Of a DNA stretch of 64,000 nt, positions 61,901 to 64,000 are shown piece after piece (position 1 is the first letter of the stretch; each line of letters begins with the position of its first letter). The DNA comes from a virus. Below the pieces are notes generated by a model that saw only the letters and a program-made list of their open reading frames with translations, was not told the DNA's origin and searched no databases. Position numbers and translations under genes: made by a program. The stretch spans positions 1 through 64,000 of the IMG/VR virus record IMGVR_UViG_3300033186_000039, one strand, 5' to 3'.

Positions 61901-64000
61901 GGGCTAAGTGGCATGAGTGGTGGTCTACTAAGTGTTGGTATGTCACTTTTCAGCGGTGATATAACGGATGCAATCAGTGGCTTAGGCGGCATGATTGGAC
62001 AGGCATTGATTCCTATACCTGTGTTGGGCGGCATGATTGGTAGCACGGTAGGCAAGTTTATCGGCGGCGCATTCAGCAAAAAACAACTGTCTGGCTATCG
62101 CATTGAAAGTACGCTTGGCGGACGATACGGCACTAATTACGGGCGTGAATCTAACCGTAATAACGAGGACGGTATCAAAGCATCCAAAGAAATGACCCGT
62201 AATGGCAACAAAGGCTATTATGGCAATACGGAAGAAGCGATTGCGCCAATTGAAGCAGCATTGCGCGACTGGAACGAGGCAATGAAAGTTAAAATCGGTG
62301 AACTTGGTGTTTTCGTGGGAGAAAGTGCCACCGCATTTACCGAAACGGTTTACGACGGCTTTGAGCAAAAACTAGACATCAAAGGCAAGTCCGTAGAAGA
62401 AATTGCACAAAAAGCCGAGCAGTGGATGCAAGAAACTCAAGGTTTATTGCTGTCACGCGCTGCTAGCGTTATGGACTCATCAAAACTCAACGTCGTTGAC
62501 AAACTCATTGTTGACGCATTGAAGGCCAGTGAAGGTGATTTTGAGTCCGTGCAGCCTATTATTGAAAACCTTAATGCGCTCAGTGTCGCTTTTCATAAAT
62601 TAGGCTTTTCCAGTGACAGCATCAGCCAGGCATTAATCGACAATGCAGGCGGTTTAGATAATTTACTCAGCAACTTAGACCTTTACTACAACAGTTTCTA
62701 TTCACAAGAAGCCAAAGTTTTAGCGCAGATGCGCGTCATCCGCGAGACAATGCTGGATACTTTCAAAGGCATTTCCAAAGGCCTTGACCAAGGTTCGTTA
62801 GAACTACCAGAAACCGCCGCTGAATTCCGTAAGACTATTGACGCGGTGATGAAAGGCGAAACAGAACTCAGTGAAGTGCAAAAAGGTGCGCTACTGAATT
62901 TAATTCCTGTTGCCAAAGAATACTATCAACTGACAGAAAGTGCCGAAGACGAATACACCAAGAATATCTTAGGCGAGTCTGCTTATCGCCAACGCGAAGT
63001 TGAAAAAGCCACCAAACAAATCAACACCATATTTTCTGAAATCGGGCAGCCGATTCCGCAAACCAAGGCTGAATTTGAATCATTGGTGCGCGAAATAGAA
63101 CGCACTCAAGGCGTCAACAGTAGCGCCGCCACTGCATTAAAATCGGTTAGCGGCGTATGGCTTGATTACATCAATATAACTGGTGGTTTAAGCAGTGATT
63201 TATTCACGGTTGAGCAGGGTTTAAATACATTCCACAACCAAATCATGAGCTTGGGCGACGCGTTGACTGCCAGCAATATTGCCAACGCCTTTACTGTTGC
63301 ATTTGAGAATTCCGCCAATCGCTCCGAGTTCGGGAAAAACTTCGCCCAAAACGTCGAGCAGCAAGTCCGACAAGCGATGCAAAACGTGATGCTAAACACG
63401 GTATCGCAGATGGTCATGCAGGGGATAGTACAACCGATGCTGCAAGCGCAGCAATTGGTCATGGCGCAAGAATTGGAAGCAGCAGGCGTGAAATCCAGCA
63501 TGGAATTGGATGCAGCCGTAAATGCGGCGAATATTGACATGCAGGCTTCCACTAACGCAGCGAATATGACGCTCAATGCGAAAACCCAAGCGTCAAGTAT
63601 GGCGGTTAATAGCGAAGTGCAGTCCAGCACAGTTGAGATGCAAGGCGCACTGACCGCCGCACAAATATTGGCAGCAGGCGGAGAAGAAGCAGCGGCATTT
63701 ATTGAAAATCAAATTGATAACATATTAGCGACGGTAGAAGTAATGACGCAAGTCATGGGCGATGAGCGCATTGAAGAGGCGATGTCAAAAATGATGCCCG
63801 GACTGGAAAAAGTTGGCGCAGCAACGTATGACATGATGAAAACCACGCCTATCACTGCGCCAATTGTGCAGCAAAACGAACAACGCATTCAAATTGACCG
63901 CGCTAAAGAGGCGGCTGACCGCGCTAAAGAAGCGGAGGAAAAAGCTGAACAAGCGAGAAAAGAAGCTGAACAAAGAAAAATTGACGACGCCAAAAATACC
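43997..64000 (+). CDS. Giant tape-measure-like protein, 5' complete and 3' truncated by the window end (>6,668 codons)
   Basis: ATG 43997 is preceded by an in-frame TGA at 43982-43984. No stop occurs in this frame to 64000, confirmed by spot translation at 14 places and by the absence of any closed + ORF in the track. It contains a TMP core, PHS.A.QG..NL motifs, an SLT domain and Gly-rich segments. All listed ORFs from 43960 to 63973 are shadow ORFs. Confidence 0.85.
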   Translation, partial: MAEFDARLEVEIDGKQAIKESKQLDKALDSAADSADKLSKAAERAQQRLERQAKAQERLAKQMVAMQKQMEQMGRIAKMVEMAKNMERMANAFGNNTAAKSIKDLNANLAQTTKHLNAVTKAAKQADTALTKSLSKTAGGNLPSVNVKQSVSIDTGNLKKTSGEVKQLGDNLTVTTAALKEFRGEFKATEQELNAVGEAQAKYRQETKETEEESKSAAASMAAMGVAAVQNRQHIAALAVSMHGLASTTRLLAGASVLTGIFGNLNTILAALFVTLDRIADLFNWVTRGLQAMGAKAIEFARNIDFSQISVANFVAMLKTAGAGIAAFIQSLSFDKIKGFLLWLMTSAAAGIRTAFTATLGFLKDFHNDIKDTSLSDAFKKRLNPALETTRANVGKLSNELRSNGKAAFNNAGNGVRKFKQDVDKASHSTSVGEVSLKKWIAQIALIGGAVAAALVGIRALVSEFGNIVETGKEFTEAIAGVAATKNINLNTKDGQAQLQALSDKARELGQDTVYSAKKSADAMNFLALAGFETNQILEGTPAVLDLAASTTTDLARSSDIASDLMTAFGKSVEELPEVVDTLAKVTSTANTNLEQFFESAKYSAPVATGLGISMHEVAGAIGILADSGVKASQSGTSVRQSLLRLAAPPKMAKDALEELAGAMSDTEFDQFKQGAAQAQGTLKSLGIEIEDSATGNMRPYADILNDIRVRMNDMGMSTVKQAEILKKIFGVNAASAMQILVQSTGRAEKSLQSYTESLRDNDGVAKQMAKTRLDNLAGDIKLMDSAAYELRLTIFDMLEPALRQMTQTSTASIIALTDTIKTLQRIFAPLLPILSALITPFVQLFTILNNLKNAVLTIAGLIAEYLILGLIDGLSPLLNTLHAVHGALLTAFEPLSTALQPVFEVIFRIYAALTNLNKTANGTNSNFIQIAGTAHFLGRIIGSGLYLTIDGLAKLLIVLIDLLGAGIRAFEQLGIAVGEGMGYLHTEVKPVWNFLTGFVQGLLSYSKLLDKAIASIAGGLVYILSPLVKASPALQTFEATLGSITVSLSSGGKTIQGAFSPLEDLIHPLLGLFAGLSNAIQGLGQNLNAWESAGYSAGQMLIGVLIYPLTAITRLVPAAVESIKLAVASLVLLGKTIGIVAGALHMFAQQGLGGLQPLHDSMAQMAQAFYSLFKDINFYAIIEFHRQAVVKQLAKLIEQDIYGTLSAAFASLPTQLSGDVKYAIGGVAWSIADSLVQALDQVTDIVFISGIHLLLAFSDGIESGAQALFDRIDGVFEWVYSLLFPHSDAKQGAFANLTASGYALVVAFSDGINDAAQWLYNTISKVFSFSANLFLTDDQLHGALTPLVKLGEVAHKQLEKLSTTLRQGLQSAFNPSNLNLEQGLSYLALYIGVELVNTVVVGLTQFVNAFDNLSANVIGMIAHFFIDITNAITQQQSLFTTLSNLTANLTQTLSQFTNELVFNFELVFIGLLVGVSQNVIAAIGKFLQQVTKSLLKHKAIKELVKTFAQFGSLIGKAAQGLFFGLGKSAIILARTLEDEFPIVSIWTRYLTGTLSQIQWQTQWFFAQQFATFKGLWVGNLELIRQFIKAYAVIDFAKIILSVLLPVEAGKKGIRYNINKLRISFTYNLKNFYDSINNFAKRQPVIWNIFLKQVDDFALRIAKVMPALGRELVKQTPYVVASIRGLLDVFTFAFPRNARLLTFLIENTIIQPLEHFAKSLNIQLIRIAQGSMWAQFWKSLDVAFKAIPTIFSVILKQIPTLTNLFSHLTGRFFQFVTALNQFDVLLRNTFKISLPLFFLLSESVIKLIWHFDEISSHWDEFVGLFEEGTANLATAWGFFMEQLSTPEGLQNVMRLASAFMMLSPVTALLGTIVFILSFFPERITPIIHWLQAMGDTYSEQINRIKQTTYEFITFLPQALNTLMSMDSEQIFTGIGNQIKRLKDDYPAFAALFDGTVYIIKILTSAVIGLAAAFAAINFGAPVAAAFAFGAAISSGLFYLLEFQQAVEQTWTELSQAQKKLVKTFGIEIVALSLGILISPIIPLIIGLTRVTYAFRDEISTLTSYIKDLWENSLIFRGVVLGLATALGALALSLVGTATAIAISSSAVMTLFGMGLGAIASYHDEVMWVFDSITLGVTHFVAAITAPFSGLIAWFDYLFGTDMYANALDFFSGLEDIILMALGASLIALTAWVAKWIWAMKRVVTAKAQANKLISQNPVLMAFGIDQKQVEKNIRQGATQANHILENAFAGKNCKSLGNCIESGTKYGVKSATKQSRGFLSKLFKPSSISEQISRGVTDGVKKGVKESQSLSKGFLRGGINFDSKNAEGKMVSLLNDINKLNNQINALSGESRKYGKTVALGTLEEDSVKGRRLTNRTKLLDDVYDDDVANRLLKTTMEQNKLNEKDRKALADIHDKIQTKGKISRADQMEVHRRIYQYHQYAADNDLAKAKEVAAIQKRGYIEVDKAGAVRVQQIKTEQRILRAQLKAAKSEYDNIRNAMDLEGQRYLNRLIKQGAHRGLSEQEVLAKNADKIQKKFAKIYTQAARPPRLSFSGMFESWFKFWDKALPWIGKKLKKFSGWSLLSKSFKRVFGGMFNWFGKHNPFAWMSKTFSEQLGKMKAAWKDAGIREALTKHEMRKMSPKKPAFLQESFSRDTVNINHPEQLTSLKSTLKDDKKIIAERKASAIQLQRKIAEIAQQEAQQRAQNAKAAESVIQQNAKQHQAVMMQARQQQDIARQQIALAKEADKARTMAISDYQQHQAKFNQQSIEAETNHKAALSKLDSDYLIGYRKKTMELALANKNLTQDAKVEIAQQLKAHTNAYYTELGNLEQASAARYQRESALFIKHLDTATEARASALANQKNIQIWELDEAGNKRQTDAYRKLRQQTEQQLINDFHLSQKAWKPMEQETLKQRYLGKMQTTAVLNNRFAAEELQMLDLQHQNRIDTQRNQYQQELKLMHQHIADKEKLLKKSIGDDADQIIQTTRGSTPSAIAPQKNAIVAQQQVIKEINLQRKNLEQINDNLKFDIQHITRGAGQESAVRGILGRDADEDEIRKLLTPRGLEKQAEQRVLSQGKLTKDSPKFYKAVAAMTQDLEAALGENAKSVYAMNKQIAENNHAQKQLGESVAIYKRQLKEDIANLRKLSPESFAKGGAIRFSETDDNVLTTRSQLEAQAQKYTPADIGGMRQTVAGMPDADYLAEQSAQLRHEAEVAQRAQQDLLKNQASYNSKAQAIDLDHRSHLADLNDEYLANLRKTTATHIANDTSSSQASRKQSLKHLSEYHKQYEEEMQKAEERMTHRTRREAALLLETLDTQTQTRAIDIAGQRGVNMYELDDQGIQRETKAFIKIQKEAEQHILNDFQLRDAAYREAERQAVADRYDARITNLAARHDSYTQAQVQLFKQNHADIMRTQEALHQDELRAINAHYQAKQDKLTSQLSDTQRGQIVIPELKEVDHVKHQKRLVAGYEEVVRELQLQRNHLGRLNKDIGNQKLHIPSVQYTDPAIQRWLGDSASKEQINAFLSPEGVEKQARKMTPGTADSDKFNKSLATTMKEIKDSLSPNAKLIYELNAQKLGNQRQQKELDEAISKYKKEISDNTKALKKLSPDSFHRGKLDLSQVDPTTNYRRADLESVAKLHERDKSYPSFKADDMDTELTQPRTSQQMLASLESAIHSLRNSFAFLETSAQKAAVELSHVGKDFKTPYWVSADKQITARQKKITEIYTEIGEDLKGANRKSTKELQTLSAKIGSSLTQSQTFFADMAKAGNDITDAQRKQLKAANDTLKYQKSIIDSVKRSKEAQAEINKQTAMRAQGEKGTYGKLNDATKNITAQIDANQKLINQIHQGNVGLNNAQRKELILKQEYLKEIRSQTQKLSSDIQNQQPAAKAKQRIPVPKGQRGFVDTSLPPIKDWPVYKGYEKLKGKIQAVGEQAKATTRHIATMGKQLTVSQKAVKGMAIAVKGLVLSMSFVGGMALGFAAEMALMFAFQWVMENWDDIVLKWENIWYTLQKTFSTTKNNIISTWEQVKTYLNANLGFDGFSYGAALIKTFVQGILSKGGEIWGAIVALFTQYITPLMPHSPAEQGPLSNLLIWGEMLIVTLAEGIRSASHVLVESLFWVFSYLLTLVPQQAQAVAGGFLLAFGQRLTENDVKLFDGVADGLYAVLAIEMQRVFGMNNPVVNMVKNFMLTIGGLLNSLPEPVRNMSKALIVELSAITFLPKILEISTATIIKFSNALRTIYELVPSLSKPFALLGSKLTDLSAAFKNIQNELNFTQWVSRQVVTPLTHAYRVVQSFAQGVSEFAQSFSDSWKNTAEPIRKLVKGLSTDMGVLLIATMAFGAVPAMYIALAVAVGKAAYAFKDELYGAIMAVVDWWDSLSDTNKMLITITVSIASVGLALKALIPIIALAFKLTPLQLWAARLSVLFTLISTFSTEIKAAAQWLTDFFTNPLQPAQSMTDLLARFGVGITAVVVAYKLLSTTIFMGNAAISTAIGMYKLWLVQTQAQTAATGALATATKLLKVSLGLLLVAFAAFELGKLIAEMEWWQQQSDLVKASIIGLTAVLTASYVTWRLMPTIMTAWRVATTALSAAKSVLATRLIAATLLVSSYSASTKLAVIATNTMAVASRAAGVALAVLASPITLTVAAVAGATAALVLLYQHLDDVREFINSQWAGLGTLLTAPIEAIGDMVINTGTAIGEAIGAISTGQFSDLGGIWANSLIGGFNIFGELLYNLITGAFTMLTGIEMPAWENFNPFTGLWETANQQVIKIRVSFGQFVQWALREMASLMVYSSRVAFFLGKGDDMIEGAQVLRNAANAIGRDNRKLLEENAKGIPDAIASGISQNAHKVADETEKMMNAADKKLPHSLPVEGDMASADGGGIPAAIGEQIAVNGHKISDALEGVMNNAAMQLSGEQVKAVAKAGASQISDAVGMLGNLDFKAALDQTKQALEQASIHLMLGKIAAGAELTKDSLDTLSLDQLKKLQEEAANLSKEQAKEGANAISMAASQNVVMLNEFVKQKEQLAAEAKQGSTDLMTQMTTDVKDMSTQAQKFFRKIKGEIEEIREKTKNVGLNEDKIRLRDLEESMKNGSKAWVSWFDTKGIPEEQAQVELKKMKLMVAQKAIEAENLRLKEEQNKLVTEEEKKREYINSLLKDGTEEQRKQVAEMKAREAQIKEVQKQREAEKKAAQEITQAQEGLTKALADSQLALQTAQMTELEKERLQLKQQYVKLNDAESKQMLAQLIANKEQAKIQKALFDAKQATLFAGMTDAQKEFYQLTKEIGKENAAIVAQERVKADIIKKTRDLQTKIDTMGMSDAQKQRYEFEQQYGEALGANVKQFAEQYEKTLQMIASQKELAKVREQLYAAGMNAKQREYFELMKQVGVETADQIIREKELAAQRQAGQEKIDKLQHEIDLKTKLTAQERERYELIKDVAPEQWDQVVALDTQKKALEENNKQWDSAIDKAGDYWGKMASGQMDFDDGFKGMVKDLQQSFQQQLADQAKAEFKALFGIGDNGAQLDNEEIMNKMSSSLDENIKTAAKAYDDYTQRVENATNDAGDKMAQAIDKLQSGLKDALSTLNTGVAAAVTEGVEKARKVTNSDVNFAPVERGKADYNQNEIINIVGSTAQQHGIDPVDFIKFAKVESNFNERAQASLSSAKGLFQFVDSTAKQYGIMGKQFDPFENANAAAELYKDNLKTIKKLQGEVKDMDVVDMYLMHQQGVGGYNKLSKVADGAGNFNASQRKNLINNAHGDLRSQMPQMDDTTLANAFIDYWKQRFDAIQLPEIDGKPLEVAVQQQSAATQASVQSTQMQSQAAQMSASAQAQTAQAAQMNATAQSQSAVAISQAAQFMITTGGAIASKVSSAMGGIAGAAQRMTSGKGGIVGAINGLFGGSSGGDAAAKAAQASSTGFFSSIGDFFSGIKSNVSSFFSPITDAVKGFSSTVKSGINSITESIGLGEVFGSSGLSGMSGGLLSVGMSLFSGDITDAISGLGGMIGQALIPIPVLGGMIGSTVGKFIGGAFSKKQLSGYRIESTLGGRYGTNYGRESNRNNEDGIKASKEMTRNGNKGYYGNTEEAIAPIEAALRDWNEAMKVKIGELGVFVGESATAFTETVYDGFEQKLDIKGKSVEEIAQKAEQWMQETQGLLLSRAASVMDSSKLNVVDKLIVDALKASEGDFESVQPIIENLNALSVAFHKLGFSSDSISQALIDNAGGLDNLLSNLDLYYNSFYSQEAKVLAQMRVIRETMLDTFKGISKGLDQGSLELPETAAEFRKTIDAVMKGETELSEVQKGALLNLIPVAKEYYQLTESAEDEYTKNILGESAYRQREVEKATKQINTIFSEIGQPIPQTKAEFESLVREIERTQGVNSSAATALKSVSGVWLDYINITGGLSSDLFTVEQGLNTFHNQIMSLGDALTASNIANAFTVAFENSANRSEFGKNFAQNVEQQVRQAMQNVMLNTVSQMVMQGIVQPMLQAQQLVMAQELEAAGVKSSMELDAAVNAANIDMQASTNAANMTLNAKTQASSMAVNSEVQSSTVEMQGALTAAQILAAGGEEAAAFIENQIDNILATVEVMTQVMGDERIEEAMSKMMPGLEKVGAATYDMMKTTPITAPIVQQNEQRIQIDRAKEAADRAKEAEEKAEQARKEAEQRKIDDAKNT
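45500..45950 (+). other. Tape-measure core region (TP901/TIGR01760-like) within the giant ORF
   Basis: LSDKARELGQDTVYSAKKSADAMNFLALAGFETNQILEGTPAVLDLAAST..DIASDLMTAFG...VVDTLAKVTSTANTNLEQFFESAKYSAPVATGLGISMHEVAGAIGILADSGVKASQSGTSVRQSLLRL. Confidence 0.75.
60842..61200 (+). other. Lytic transglycosylase (SLT-like) domain within the giant ORF
   Basis: AKVESNFNERAQASLSSAKGLFQFVDSTAKQYG...AAAELYKDN...MYLMHQQG. The catalytic E-S is at 60938, and the GLFQF..T motif starts at 60986. Confidence 0.75.

Noticed and set aside
43960-63973. About 45 listed ORFs on both strands within 44-64 kb. Examples are 43960-44577(-), 48154-48657(-), 49162-49683(-), 50461-51117(-), 61393-62079(-) and 57247-57600(+).
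   Set aside because: All lie inside or antisense to the single long + frame. Their translations are low-complexity Ala/Ser/Cys/Leu/Pro strings typical of shadow ORFs, whereas the + frame has recognisable domains.

Overview
This window reads as a tailed-phage or prophage genome segment. I saw no rRNA, tRNA, integrase or host housekeeping genes. From 1 to 44 kb there are short transcription units on both strands. They carry (i) a Rha-type regulator sandwiched between two paralogous HTH proteins. (ii) Nucleotide and replication genes: class I RNR alpha subunit, thyA, dut, HAD phosphatase, C5 DNA methyltransferase and beta sliding clamp. (iii) A Mu-like head module that is physically scattered: small and large terminase at 10.7-13.0 kb; S49 protease, scaffold, decoration-like protein and gpT-like major capsid protein at 16.4-19.4 kb; DUF935-like portal on the opposite strand at 25.3-26.8 kb. 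(iv) A tail-assembly-chaperone pair with a canonical A_AAA_AAC -1 slippery site, a 741-aa structural protein with an LRR tail, and many small ORFans. From 43997 to 64000 there is ONE uninterrupted plus-strand reading frame of more than 6,668 codons, still open at the window end. The supplied ORF track omits it because it has no stop in the window. It carries a tape-measure core, a second tape-measure signature motif, long hydrophobic and coiled-coil repeat modules, and an embedded lytic transglycosylase domain. This is the most striking object here. Intergenic DNA is saturated with repeat families: GTAGGATGGGCTGA..GAAGCCCATC hairpins, CTCGTTCCCAYG hairpins, GGAGTCC..GGACTCC hairpins, 30-bp CCTAGG-centred palindromes, and ~87-bp MITE-like elements with TGTCTGAATCAGRATT termini. 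An 11-bp palindrome, TTTTGWCAAAA, sits just upstream of most transcription units. Other oddities: a (CACAG)n pentanucleotide tract splits a gene so that loss of one unit restores the frame; a 104-bp duplicated 5' end of the methyltransferase gene flanks a repeat insertion; a 185-codon second open frame lies inside the methyltransferase; at least five small genes are frame-disrupted; and three paralogous small-gene cassettes are flanked by the repeat elements. All functional calls are motif recognition by eye, with no searches run. Repeat coordinates are +/-2 nt.
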